Translations under genes and position numbers: made by a program | Shown: one piece after another, positions 14,540-29,149 of the stretch | How positions within the stretch are numbered: position 1 is the stretch's first letter | Layout: each line of letters opens with the position of its first letter | Assembly (NCBI GenBank): GCA_964016885.1 | Contig: OZ024757.1 | Span: forward strand, 41,168,001 to 41,232,000 | Direction of reading: 5' to 3' | Source of the DNA: Eledone cirrhosa | Lineage: Eukaryota | DNA: 64,000 nt | The notes under the pieces: model-generated | Told to the model about the DNA's origin: nothing | The model's database searches: none | What the model saw: only the letters and a program-made list of their open reading frames with translations

Positions 14540-14955
14540 CAGACACACACACCTTCACACACCTTCACACACACACATACACACACACACACAGACAAAC
14601 AGACACACACCTTCACACAGACAAACAGACACACACCTTCACACAGACAAACAGACACACACCTTCACACACCTTCACACACACACACACAGACAAACAG
14701 ACACACACCTTCACAGACAAACAGACACACACCTTCACACAGACAAACAGACACACACCTTCACAGACAAACAGACACACACCTTCACACAGACAAACAG
14801 ACACACACCTTCACACAGACAAACAGACACACACCTTCACACAGACAAACAGACACACACCTTCACACAGACAAACAGACACACGCCTTCACACAGACAA
14901 ACAGACACACACCTTCACACAGACAAACAGACACACACCTTCACAGACAAACAGA
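14540..14955. repeat. 24-26-bp minisatellite (ACAGACAAACAGACACACACCTTCAC)n
   Basis: More than a dozen direct copies. Confidence 0.92.
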
Positions 14956-15084
14956 TGCAATTATGTTTGGTATTCTTTGTTAAAGTAGGAAAATATCCTT
15001 TGGCTGTGGAAATATAATGGTCAGATGTTGACAATAAGGAGGAGTCTATGTCACTCTGAAGACAACTGTCAGAGAATTACTACT

Positions 15085-15802
15085 AATAATAATTATTATT
15101 TCTACTTTTGGAACAAGGCCAGTAATTACTCAGTACATTACTGGTACTTTATTTTATCGACAACGTAAGGATGAAAGGCAAAGCTAACCTCGGCGGGATT
15201 TGAACTCAGATCGTAAATGGACGTAACTCTATGCTGGAAAGCATGTCCGACCCTCTACTGATACTACCAATCCAATAATAATCTTTGATTTAGGCACAAG
15301 GCCAGCAATTTTCGGGGAAGGGGAACGTCGATTAAATCAACCCCAGGGCATTACTGGTACTTTATTTTATCAACCCTGTAAGGTTGAAATACAAAGCTAA
15401 CTTTGGCAGGATTTGAATTCAGAACGTAATGGGCCATAACTCTATGCTGCAAAGCATGGTGTCTGATGCTCTACTGATATTGCCAATAATAATAGTTTCT
15501 GATTTAGGCTCAAGGCCAGCAATTTTGGGGGAAAGTCGATTAAATCAAACTCAGTGTATTACTGGTACTTTATTTTATCAACCCCATAAGGATGAAAGGC
15601 AAAGCTGACCACAGCAGGATTTGAACTTAGAATGAAAAAGTCCATAACTTTATACTGAGGAGCAGGGTGTCAGACGCTCCTCCGATTCTGCCAATCCACC
15701 ACCCTTGAAGATTTCTTCAATAGGCACAAAAGGCCAGCAATTTTGGTGGAAGGGAAAAGTCGATTAAATTGACCTCAGTGCATTACTGGTACTATATTTT
15801 AT
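15085..15802 (-). mobile_element. Four head-to-tail SINE family A copies (three near full-length, one partial)
   Basis: Units at ~15085-15273, 15274-15486, 15487-15704 and 15720-15802, each with CAAGGCCAG(C/T)AATT and TTACTGGTACT. Confidence 0.85.
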
Positions 15803-15803
15803 G

Positions 15804-16095
15804 TTGTGAGTTCAAATGCAGCTGAGGTTAGCTTTGATTTTCATTTTTTACGGGGTCAATAAAATAAAGTACCAGTAATGTACTGGTGTAATTGCTGGTC
15901 TTGTGGCAAAAGTAAAAACAATTATTACTTAATTAATTGCTCTCTGAGTTCAAATCCCACCGAAGTTAGCTTTGCCTTACATCCTTACGGGGTCGATAAA
16001 ATAAAGTACCAGTAATGTACTGGGGACAATTTAATTGACTTTCTTTTCCCCCCAAATTACTGGCCTTGTCCGTAAATCAGGAACAACCATTATTA
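15804..16095 (+). mobile_element. Two 5'-truncated SINE family A copies
   Basis: GAGTTCAAAT..GGGGTC(A/G)ATAAAATAAAGTACCAGTAATG at ~15804-15927 and ~15943-16095. Confidence 0.82.
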
Positions 16096-16413
16096 TTGAT
16101 GTAAATCACAGTTTTCCACACTTTCTTCACAGTTGGTGTGAAGCAATTTTTTTCTTTTCTTTGTCCTGATTTAACTCATCAATACTTTGAAAGTTCAGAG
16201 AGTTCTTACAGCAGACGGTAATGGTAAGGGGTGGTAGCTGGGGTGGCAGAAGAAAGACAGGGGCTAGGTAGGGTGGTATGGGTGGTGGACAGACAAGACC
16301 AAAAACACTCACTGCCCCACCCACCACCATACTCACACACACATGTCCTCGCTTCAGTTCTCGATGTTATTGTTGAGGTAACTAGGAATACAAGGGTGGA
16401 AAGAGAGTTGAAA

Positions 16414-16548
16414 ATATATATATATGTGTGTATATATACATATATGTGTATATACATGTATATATGCGTGTATATATATGCGTGTATATATATTTATATA
16501 TGCATGGATATATGCATGTATATATATATATATATATATATATGCATG

Positions 16549-16581
<33 letters not shown>

Positions 16582-17074
16582 GCATGCACACATATGCATG
16601 TATATATATATATGCATGTATATATATATGCATGTATATATATATACACACATGCATGCACACATATACAGATATAAATATATGTATATATATGTATGTA
16701 TGTATGTATATATATATATATGTATATATATATATGTATATATATATATGTATGTGTATATATATATATGTATATATATATATGTATGTATATGTATATA
16801 TATATATGTATATATATATATGTATGTATATGTATATATATATATGTATATATATGTATGTATATGTATATGTGTATATATATGTATGTATATGTATATG
16901 TGTATATATATGTATGTATATGTATATGTATATGTATATATATGTATATATATATATGTATATATATATGTATGTATATATATATGTATGTATATGTATG
17001 TATATATATATATGTATGTATATATATATATGTATGTATATATATATATGTATATGTATATGTATATATATATG

Positions 17075-17105
<31 letters not shown>

Positions 17106-17136
17106 GTATATGTATATGTATATGTATATATATATG

Positions 17137-17169
<33 letters not shown>

Positions 17170-17210
17170 GTATATATATATATATGTATATATATATATG
17201 TATATATATG

Positions 17211-17257
<47 letters not shown>

Positions 17258-17470
17258 GTATATATATGTATATATATATATATGTATATATATATATGTA
17301 TATATATATATACATATACATACATATATATATATACATATATATATATACATACATATATATGTATATATATATATGTATATATATATATGTATATATA
17401 TATGTATGTATATATATATGTATGTATATATATATGTATATATATATATGTATGTATATATATATGTGTG

Positions 17471-17508
<38 letters not shown>

Positions 17509-17700
17509 TATGTGTATATATATATATGTGTATATATATATGTGTATATATATATATGTGTATATATATATATGTATATATATATGTATGTATATATATA
17601 TGTATGTATATATATATATGTGTATATATATATATGTGTATATATATATATGTATATATATATGTATGTATATATATATGTATGTATATATATATGTATG

Positions 17701-17793
<93 letters not shown>

Positions 17794-17848
17794 GTATGTA
17801 TATATATATATATATGTATATATATATGTATGTATATATATATGTATG

Positions 17849-17899
<51 letters not shown>

Positions 17900-18049
17900 G
17901 TATGTATATATATATGTATGTATATATATATATGTATATATATATATGTATATATATATGTATGTATATATATATGTATATATATATGTATATATATATG
18001 TATATATATATGTATGTATATATATATATGTATATATATATATGTATGT

Positions 18050-18090
<41 letters not shown>

Positions 18091-18190
18091 TATGTATGTA
18101 TATATATATATGTATGTATATGTATATATGTATGTATATGTATATATGTATATATATGTATATGTATATATATATATGTATATGTATGTG
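16414..18190. repeat. (TA)n/(TATG) microsatellite
   Basis: About 1.8 kb of TA/TG dinucleotides. Confidence 0.95.
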
Positions 18191-18680
18191 TTGGTACCAC
18201 TTTACATTTGTATATATACAATCTCCACCATCACAATCATCACCACCATCATCATCATCATCATCATCATCATCACGACCACCACCACCATCACCATCAC
18301 CACCATCACCATCATCACCACCACCACCATAATCATCATCATCCTCATCACCATAATTTTCCATCTTTGATATTTCAACTGTCATCAGCACAAGCACCAT
18401 CAAAGTGGTGTTGCTGATGATGATGATGATGATAATGATGATAATGATGAGGAAGAGGAGGAGAGTGATGTTATCAATATGTTTGATGTGTCAATAATAG
18501 TTAAGATGTTTGATATACAACCCTAATATCATTGGTTCAACTCCACGACTGGGTTCTGTGTTGTGTTCTCCAGCAAAACACTTTATTTTCACATTGACAT
18601 TGAGTACCAGTAATTACTGGGGGAGAAAAGCCTGTAATGTACACTTTCTCTCATACATACACACAATTAATACACTCACA

Positions 18681-18736
<56 letters not shown>

Positions 18737-19060
18737 CATACGTACACACTTCTTTCACTATCTCTCGCTTTTACACATGTAAGTACACACACATACATTT
18801 TTCTCTTCCAAACACACACACACAGACGCACATTCACACACACACACATTCACACACACACACACACACATTCACACACACACACTCTCCTCTCTCCCTC
18901 CCTCCCTCTCACACAAATCTAAGATATCCTGCAATAATTAGATAAAGAAAGAAAAAAAAACATTATTTTGTATCAATTAGAAATATATATAGCTTTCTGT
19001 GTGTACACAGTATATATATGCGTATATGTGTGTGTGTGTGTATAATATATATATATACAC

Positions 19061-19110
<50 letters not shown>

Positions 19111-19165
19111 ATAATATATATATATACACATATATATATATGTGTGTGTGTGTGTATATATATAT

Positions 19166-19526
19166 ATGAATAAAGTTAGTCCTTCAACAGTGATCTTCCA
19201 ACCATCATTGGTATTTCATCGCTTTAAAGACCATATACCTCCGGTTGGTGCGAGCAACGGCTAAAAGAAGTCGTTGGGACACGTAAATAAAGGGGACACG
19301 AGTGTAAACAAACAAAAATGGTGAAGCAACGAAAAGTGAGGAAGAAGGAGTCAAGTCCCAAATTCCTATGAATTTAAATTCGGTGAAATCGTGAACGAAA
19401 GAGAATAAAGACCATCACAACCTGGTTGGAATGTGAGCAAGGAAGGAATTCCGTACAGGTCTAACGGGAGGAAGAAGGGATCTAGTCTGTGAATTCGGTG
19501 AACGTAAGTTCTGTGAAATCATAGAC

Positions 19527-19530
<4 letters not shown>
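19166..19530 (-). mobile_element. Dispersed non-coding repeat in (TA)n, inverted homologue of 60371-60793
   Basis: GTCGTTGGGACACGTAAATAAAGGGGAC and TTTCATCGCTTTAA are the reverse complement of the 60.6-60.75 kb sequence. The two copies share the same end points. Confidence 0.8.
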
Positions 19531-19623
<93 letters not shown>

Positions 19624-19779
19624 ATCTATATGTATCTTTTTAGCGATACTCCGGCCAAATTCCAACTCACTCAACAAACATTAGGAAATAAGGGATTATA
19701 TTCCCAATTATGCGTTCGGGGTGCTAACTAAAAGTATTGCGTGGAAAATTGGCTGTATTATTTCATATGAGACATATCG

Positions 19780-20083
19780 AATATATAAATATATATATAT
19801 ATGTATATAAATATATATATATATATGTATATACATATATAAATATATATATATATATGTATATATATGTATATATAAATATATATATATGTATATATAA
19901 ATATATATATATATATGTATATATATATGTATATATATGTATATATAAATATACATATATATATATATGTATATATATATATGTATATACATATATATAT
20001 ATATGTATATGTATATATATATATATGTATATACATATATATATATATGTATATGTATATATATATATATGTATATATATATG

Positions 20084-20156
<73 letters not shown>

Positions 20157-20173
20157 GTTTATATATATATATG

Positions 20174-20270
<97 letters not shown>

Positions 20271-20595
20271 GTATATATAAGTATATGTATATATAAGTAT
20301 ATGTATATATATATATATGTATATATATATGTATATGTATATATAAATATATGTATATATAAATATATGTATATATAAATATATGTATATATAAATATAT
20401 GTATATATAAATATATGTATATATAAATATATGTAAATATATGTATATATAAATATATGTAAATATATGTATATATAAATATATGTATATATATGTATAT
20501 ATAAATATATGTATATATAAATATATGTATATATAAATATATGTATATATAAATATATGTATATATAAATATATATATATATATGTATATATATG

Positions 20596-20626
<31 letters not shown>

Positions 20627-20677
20627 GTATATATATATATGTATATATAAATATATGTATGTATATATAAATATATG

Positions 20678-20717
<40 letters not shown>

Positions 20718-20729
20718 TGTATATATATG

Positions 20730-20792
<63 letters not shown>

Positions 20793-22167
20793 GTATATAT
20801 ATATATATGTATATATATATATGTATATATATATATATGTATATATATATGTATATATATATATATGTATATATATATATGTATATATATATATATGTAT
20901 ATATATATGTATATATATATATATGTATATATATATATGTATATATATATATATGTATATATATATGTATATATATATATATGTATATATATATGTGTAT
21001 ATATATATATATGTATATATATATATGTATATATAAATATATGTATATATGTATATAAATATATGTATATATGTATATGTATATATGTATATATATATAT
21101 GTATATATAAATATATGTATATATGTATATATAAATATATGTATATATATATATATGTATATATATGTATATATGTATATATGTATATATGTATATATAA
21201 ATATATGTATATATATATGTATATATATGTATATATAAATATATGTATATATAAATATATGTATATATATATGTATATGTATATATATATATGTATATGT
21301 ATGTATATGTATATGTATAAATATATGTATATGTATAAATATAAATATATGTATATGTATAAATATATATATATGTATATGTATAAATATATATATATGT
21401 ATATGTATAAATATAAATATATGTATATGTATAAATATATATATATGTATATGTATAAATATATATATATGTATATGTATAAATATAAATATATGTATAT
21501 GTATAAATATATATATATGTATATGTATAAATATATATATATGTATATGTATAAATATATATATATGTATATGTATAAATATATATATATGTATATGTAT
21601 AAATATATATATATGTATATGTATAAATATATATATATGTATATGTATAAATATATATATATGTATATGTATAAATATATATATATGTATATGTATAAAT
21701 ATATATATATGTATATGTATAAATATATATATATGTATAAATATATGTATATGTATAAATATATATATATGTATATGTATAAATATATATATATGTATAT
21801 GTATAAATATATATATATGTATATGTATAAATATATATATATGTATATGTATAAATATATATATATGTATATGTATAAATATATATATATGTATATGTAT
21901 AAATATATATATGTATATGTATATAAATATATGTATATGTATAAATATATATATATGTATATGTATAAATATATATATATATATATATGTATAAATATAT
22001 ATATATATATGTATAAATATATATATATATATGTATAAATATATATATATATATGTATAAATATATATATATATATATATGTATAAATATATATATATAT
22101 GTATAAATATATATATATATGTATAAATATATATATATATATATATATAAATATATATATTTATATA
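19780..22167. repeat. (TA)n microsatellite grading into a 24-bp unit (ATGTATATGTATAAATATATATAT)n
   Basis: About 2.4 kb, with a regular 24-bp period from ~21320 to 21970. Confidence 0.95.
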
Positions 22168-22379
22168 TTGTTTGTTTACACAGCTTATCTATGGAACTAA
22201 TTCTACTGGCATTGGCAAATAGTTTATACCAGAATTCTCTTTCACATGGGAATCTTCGATATAATTTATATTTTTTTTCTTCTCAACAAATTCCTTTTAA
22301 GTGATAAAACTATTTTATATTAAAGAAAAACAAAATATTAAAATAAAGATTTCATATAATAGAGTTTAAGGAGAATCCA

Positions 22380-22610
22380 AAGTGGTGTGTAGGAGAGGAG
22401 AATGTGCTGGTATCGACATGTGATGTACATGGATGATGATCACTGGGTGAAGAAGTGCCTGGTAATCCTAGCTGAAGGAAGTCACAGTAGAGGTAGACCA
22501 AGGAAGACCTAGGCAGAGGTGATGAGTGCTGGTCTCAAACTGCTGAGACTCACAAAGGAGATGACGAAGGAACGTGACGTGTGGAGAGATGCTGCACTGA
22601 AAAGGATCAG
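22380..22610 (+). mobile_element. Degenerate RTE LINE 3' coding fragment
   Basis: Reads ERRMCWYRHVMYMDDDHWVKKC...SRGRPRKT*..LRLTKEMTKERDVWR, paralleling the C-terminus of the 8825-10993 ORF. Confidence 0.8.
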
Positions 22611-22973
22611 AAAGGCAAAATATTTTTTATACAAAATATAATAGCGAAATGATTAATTTATGTTCCTAGTACCAGCTAAATAATGAGAAAGGTAGTGTCT
22701 TTTATAAGTAATATGGTAATGAAAGGGTTAAGTTAGGTTCTAATCCCCAGCTATATAATAATTGCTGGCCTTGTGCCATCAGTAGAAACAATTATTCTAT
22801 GTCCTATACATGCACCTTTGATGAGTTGTAGTGCACCTGAGCACTGTACACAATCATTTTCATTATTATTATTATTATCCCACCAAACTATTGATTATTT
22901 TCAAAACAATTTGAAACTCACAGGCAGTGTTTTTTCTAAGAAAATGTTAAGTTATGTTCCAACCACAAACTAA

Positions 22974-23151
22974 ATAATTGTTTCTACTTTCGGCACAAGG
23001 CCAGCAATTACCCAGTACATTACTGGTACTTTATTTTATTGACCTCGTAAGGATGAAAGGCAAAGTTAACCTTGGCGGGATTTGAACTCAGATTGTAAAG
23101 GGACATAACAATGCTGGAAAGCAGGTCCAACGCTCTGCCAATCCACCGCCC
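22974..23151 (-). mobile_element. SINE family A
   Basis: TTGTTTCTACTTTCGGCACAAGGCCAGC...GGATTTGAACTC...CTGCCAATCCACCGCC. Confidence 0.85.
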
Positions 23152-23270
23152 TCTATAATGAATGTTAATTATATTATTATATCTCACCAAATTCTTGATT
23201 ATTTTCGAAACAATTTGAAACTCATAGGCAGTGTTTTTTAAAAGTGTTAAGTTATGTTCCAGCCACAAGC

Positions 23271-23381
23271 TAAATCCCACCGAGGTTAACTTTGCCTTTC
23301 ATCCTTATGGGTGTCGATAAAATAAAGTACCAGTAATGCACTGGGTAATTGCTGGCCTTGTGCCAAAAGTAGAAACAATTA
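23271..23381 (+). mobile_element. SINE family A, 5'-truncated
   Basis: AAATCCCACCGAGGTTAACTTTGCCTTTCATCC...GTGCCAAAAGTAGAAAC. Confidence 0.85.
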
Positions 23382-24042
23382 TCATATCCCACCTAATTCT
23401 TCCTTATTTTCAAAACAATTTTAAACTCATAGGCTGTGTTTTTTATAAGTGTTAAGTTATGTTCCAACCACAAGCTAAATAATTAGTGTTAGTTATATTA
23501 TTATATCTCACCAAACTCTTGATTATTTTCGAAATAATTAGAAACTCATAGGCAGTGTCATTTATAAGAAATGTGGTCATGAAAAGGTTAAAGAAAATTA
23601 CCAATGTCAAAGTATCTCTCATTTTCCTTTTCTCTCCTCACTAAACATGAAACATTGTCCATTGAAAAGATCGCCGCTGTGTCATTTTTCGTTAACATCT
23701 CCAAGTTGGAAACCATTACGATAACAAAAAGAAAAATAAGAAAAATAGTAAAAATAATAAAAATTTTAAAAATAACAAAAACTTTCAAACAACTAGACAA
23801 ATGTTAGATATTTAAAAATGAAAACAATATTTTTTGTTGTTGGTGTTGTTCTTGTTGATCTCTCACTTTATTTCTTTTTTTTTTGTTTATTAATTTCTTT
23901 TATTTAATTCACGAAACAAATTGTTTTGCCACATAATGTCTTGTTTACAAAATTTTCACTTAGTAAGAAATAAATCAAAAACTTAAGCTTAGCTGACCTT
24001 TATCTGTCTTCAAATGATAAATTCTATATTTTCAGCCAACAC

Positions 24043-24098
<56 letters not shown>

Positions 24099-24689
24099 TC
24101 TTTAACTTCATCACTAACTTTGATGATATTTTTTTATATCTATATATAATTATATATATACAACATATATACATGTATATGTGTGTGTATATGTATATAT
24201 ATAACTTTGATAGGTTTCGGCCAGTGTTGGCCCAGGTCATGTCTAACTTAATAGCATATATATATATATATATTTGTACTGCCTCTCTGTTTTTTGTTCT
24301 CTGTTTATTTATTAAACTATATATATATATATATATATATATGTTATGTTGTTGATATATATAACAGTCAAAAGTGTTATACTGCAGAAATTTATTTAAT
24401 ACATTCATTTTTTGTTAATCAAAGATAATTCTTGGATTCCCCCCCCCCCCCCCCCCCCATCCAACTCCACCCCTATCATTCTATTGTGAATTATGGCTTG
24501 TGTTAGGTAAATTTCAATAATTTGAATTTTATTTTAAAAAAATTTTAAATAAATAATGACAGCTAAACAGAAATCATTAAGAATTAAACTGTTTCTTTGG
24601 ATTTTAACAGTCTATGTTTTTTTTTATGTCTAATTAACATTTAACGTCCTGTACCACATGAAACCACATTAGTAAGACATTCTGGAAAA

Positions 24690-25257
24690 GTACAAAACAA
24701 CACTATGACTACATCACATTAAATATTAAAGTCTTTACTGTAATACTGTAAATTTTCCCAACAATCTGGCAATTAGTAAAGATACTATAAACATTTAGTA
24801 CAAAACAACACTATGACTACATCACATTAAATATTAAAGTCTTTACTGTAATACTGTAAATTTTCCCAACAATCTGGCAATTAGTAAAGATACTATAAAC
24901 ATTTAGTACAAAACAACACTATGACTACATCACATTAAATATTAAAGTCTTTACTGTAATACTGTAAATTTTCCCAACAATCTGGCAATTAGTAAAGATA
25001 CTATAAACATTTAGTACAAAACAACACTATGACTACATCACATTAAATATTAAAGTCTTTACTGTAATACTGTAAATTTTCCCAACAATCTGGCAATTAG
25101 TAAAGATACTATAAACATTTAGTACAAAACAACACTATGACTACATCACATTAAATATTAAAGTCTTTACTGTAATACTGTAAATTTTCCCAACAATCTG
25201 TCAATTAGTAAAGATACTATAAACATTTAGTACAAAACAACACTATGACTACATCAA
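24690..25257. repeat. 108-bp tandem minisatellite, ~5.25 almost identical copies
   Basis: GTACAAAACAACACTATGACTACATCAC... starts at 24690, 24798, 24906, 25014, 25122 and 25230. Confidence 0.95.
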
Positions 25258-25657
25258 GTGACACTATGACTACATAAGGACCGTGACAAGTGGAGAGATG
25301 CTGTGTTGAATAGGCAGGGAAAAGTGGGCGTAAAATGATGATGATGAAGTGTGGTAAGGAACCAGGTGTACCATAATGCACCAGAGTACTCGATACTTTG
25401 GGTAGTAGAGTGGGTAATAGTCCTGAACCTTTTCCTATATATATATATATGTACACAAAATAAATTTTATACTCTTTTCTGTATCCTATGGATGCTATAT
25501 TTGGTGAAGCAATATTTCAGATCTTAGTACTCAAGGGAAATATTTTTTCACTTCACCTGAGAGGTGTTTTTCAACGTTCAATGATATTTATAGTTGGTGA
25601 AAACTCAGTTCATATATATATAAATGAGTGTGTGTGTGCATAATATATGTGTGTGTT

Positions 25658-25692
<35 letters not shown>

Positions 25693-25901
25693 GAGCATGT
25701 GTGTGTTTATGTGTGTATATATATATATGAGCATTTGTGTGTGTATAATGTGTGTGTTTTTATATGTGTATGTGTTTATATATATATATATGCATATATA
25801 TCTATTTATATGCATATATATTTACATGTATATGCATATATAATTGCATATATATGCATATATATATATATATATATGCACATATATTTGCATATATATA
25901 T

Positions 25902-25942
<41 letters not shown>

Positions 25943-26363
25943 CACATACATATATATGCAAGACACAAACACACAAACACATACACAAACACACATACAT
26001 ACCCACACACATATACACACATATATATATAATCACACACACTTGCATATGTGTTTCTGTCTGTGGTTGTCTGTATATCTCTGTATTTTCTGCTGTTAAA
26101 CCGCTATAGGCAAAGAAAACATTCAAAATGGTTTTTTTCCCTTCATATTTATGGAACATCAAGTTCTCCAATATTTGGACAACAAAGATTAGTTTTGCAC
26201 AAAAAATTGATGCATAAAATTTAAGGATAGGTTCAAAATAAAAAAAAATGTTTTATCACAAGTGTTTTTTTAATTTTTATTTTTATTTTTTTGTTATTTT
26301 AAGAAATGTTTATCTCAGATATGTATAGTATGATAGCATAATTTTCTACCCATACACATACAC

Positions 26364-26436
<73 letters not shown>

Positions 26437-26445
26437 CACACACAC

Positions 26446-26476
<31 letters not shown>

Positions 26477-26481
26477 TATAT

Positions 26482-26514
<33 letters not shown>

Positions 26515-26639
26515 CATACACACACACACACACATATATATATACACACACATATACACGTATACACACACACACACATATATATATATATACATACACA
26601 CACACACGTATATATATACACACATATACACATATATAT

Positions 26640-26679
<40 letters not shown>

Positions 26680-26694
<15 letters not shown>

Positions 26695-27140
26695 GTGTGT
26701 GTGTGTACATATATATATATGTATGTATATATGAGACAGAGGTGTGTGTGTATATATATATATGTGTGTGTTTGTATGAGAGAGAGAGAGAGAGAGAGAG
26801 AGAGTAGTGTGTGTGTACATATATATATATATGTATGTATATATGAGACAGAGGTGTGTGTGTATATATATATGTGTGTGTTTGTATGAGAGAGAGAGAG
26901 AGAGAGAGAGGTGTGTGTGTGTACATATATATATATGTATCTATATATGAGACAGAGGTGTGTGTGTATATATATATGTGTGTGTTTGTATGAGAGAGAG
27001 AGAGAGAGAGAGAGAGTAGTGTGTGTGTACATATATATATATGTATCTATATATGAGACAGAGGTGTGTGTGTATATATATATATGTGTGTGTTTGTATG
27101 AGAGAGAGAGAGAGAGAGAGAGAGTAGTGTGTGTGTATTT
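26680..27140. repeat. Compound microsatellite amplified as ~105-110-bp units
   Basis: TATGAGACAGAGGTGTGTGTG..GTTTGTATG(AG)n repeated four times. Confidence 0.85.
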
Positions 27141-27279
27141 ATATAAATAAATCCTAGCTGAGTAGCCTGTTGTTGTCAGGCAATAATCACAATTGTATGC
27201 CTTTATTTTAAAGGGAGGAGCCTTGTACTCCCTGATGGAGCCTTGCACTGGCCTGATGGACCTCCTGGCTTCAGACAGA

Positions 27280-27520
27280 CATTAACCCTGTGATGGACTG
27301 GTGTCCTGTCCAGGGGGAAGTCTTGTACTCTGTCACATCATGCCATAGAAACCAGAATAATTACCAGCCTGTAGAACCTCATAGCTTCAAAGAGATATTA
27401 ACTCTCTGATGGACTGGCATCCTGTCCAGGGGGAAGTCTTGTACCCTCAATCACTTCACGCCACAGAAGCCAGGATAAACACTGATCTAATGGGCCTCCA
27501 GCTGAGACAGACTGTAGACA
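27280..27520 (+). mobile_element. Two tandem copies of a SINE 3' segment
   Basis: TGATGGACTGG..TCCTGTCCAGGGGGAAGTCTTGTAC..CA.GCCA.AGAA.CCAG.ATAA occurs at ~27291 and ~27407. The motif resembles the CCCTGCGATGGACTGGC..CC.GTCCAGGG segment common to metazoan SINEs. Confidence 0.6.
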
Positions 27521-28123
27521 TATTTTTATAAGACAGATACATAATATCAAATACGAGAAATTATGAATATTATATTTATATTTTCTAGTTTATTAAATGT
27601 AAAAGAAAGATAAAAACAACATGAAAGAAATGAGAAAAGAAAGGTGAAGGAGTAAAGAGGGGCAGATCTGGCTGTATGGGAAAGTATAAGGAAAGGACTA
27701 TAAATGCCATAAATGCGAAGAAAAGGTGGAGAGGAAGTAAGGACTCTTGGGCCATGGAAGAACAGGAGAGGGAAGGAATGAGGAGAGGGTGATCAACTCT
27801 GGGTCTAGGGCTGGGTAGATTTGGAGGTTATGCCCCGTAGACAAAACTGTAATGTCATAAACAAGCAAATAAGCAAACAAACAGACGGACAAATAAATAC
27901 AAAAGAAAGCAAAACATGATTAGGTGGATTTGAAATCAATCACTTGGAAATAATCGTAGGATATTGGAAATATGTATAAATTCATCAATATATGGTTGTC
28001 AGTATTGTCTGACGGTTAACAATAGGAGGTTGTCGCTTTGGTAATGACAGATTGTTGGTTTATTGGACAAAGACTATATAATATGTATATATATGTGCGC
28101 GTGTGTATATATATATATATACA

Positions 28124-28165
<42 letters not shown>

Positions 28166-28867
28166 ATGTATATATATATATATATATACATATATATTTA
28201 TATATATATATATATATATATACATATATATTTATATATACATATATATATATTTATATATATATACATACATATATATATATTTATACTTATATACATA
28301 CATATATATATATTTATACTTATATACATACATATTTATATATATTTATACTTATATACATACACATTTATATATATTTATACTTATATACATACATATA
28401 TATATATATTTATACTTATATACACACATATATATATATATTTATATATATATACACATACATACATATATATATATATACATACATATATATATTTATA
28501 TATATATGCCGTTTAACCCATGCTAGCTTGGAAAATGGACGTTAAACGATGATGATGATATATAAATATACATATATCTATATATATACATACATATGTA
28601 TATTTATATATATATACAAATTTACATACATACATATATATTTATATATATACATATACATATTTACATATATATACATATATACATATATATACATTTA
28701 TATATATATATATATATATATACATACATACATACTTATATATATTTATATAATATTGTTATATAATTATTATTATGCCCAATATTAATATTTTTATTGT
28801 TATTATTGAAGTTGTTGTTGTTGCTGTTGTTTTTCTTTCTTGTTAGTAATATTATTATTATTATTGT

Positions 28868-29149
28868 TGGATTGGCAGTATCGGTAGAGCGTCAGACACC
28901 ATGCTTTGCAGCTTAGAGTTACGGCCCTTTACAGTCTGAGTTGAAATCCTGCTGAGGTTAACTTTGCCTTTCATCCTTACGGGGTCGATAAAATAAAGTA
29001 CTAGTAATAGACTGGGATAATTGCTGGCCTTGTTCCAAAAGTACAAACAATTATTATTTTTGGGGTCGATAAAATAAAGTAGCAGTAATGCACTGGGATA
29101 ATAGCTGGCCTTGTGTCAAAAGTAGAAACAATTATTATTATTATTATTG
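28868..29149 (+). mobile_element. SINE family A plus tandem duplicate of its 3' half
   Basis: Full unit at ~28868-29055, then GGGGTCGATAAAATAAAG...GTAGAAAC(ATT)n again at 29062-29149. Confidence 0.85.

Noticed and set aside
24690-25257. CRISPR array (also considered for 22865-23575 and 38610-39200)
   Set aside because: Units are contiguous or too long, lack regular unique spacers, have no cas genes nearby, and the context is eukaryotic.
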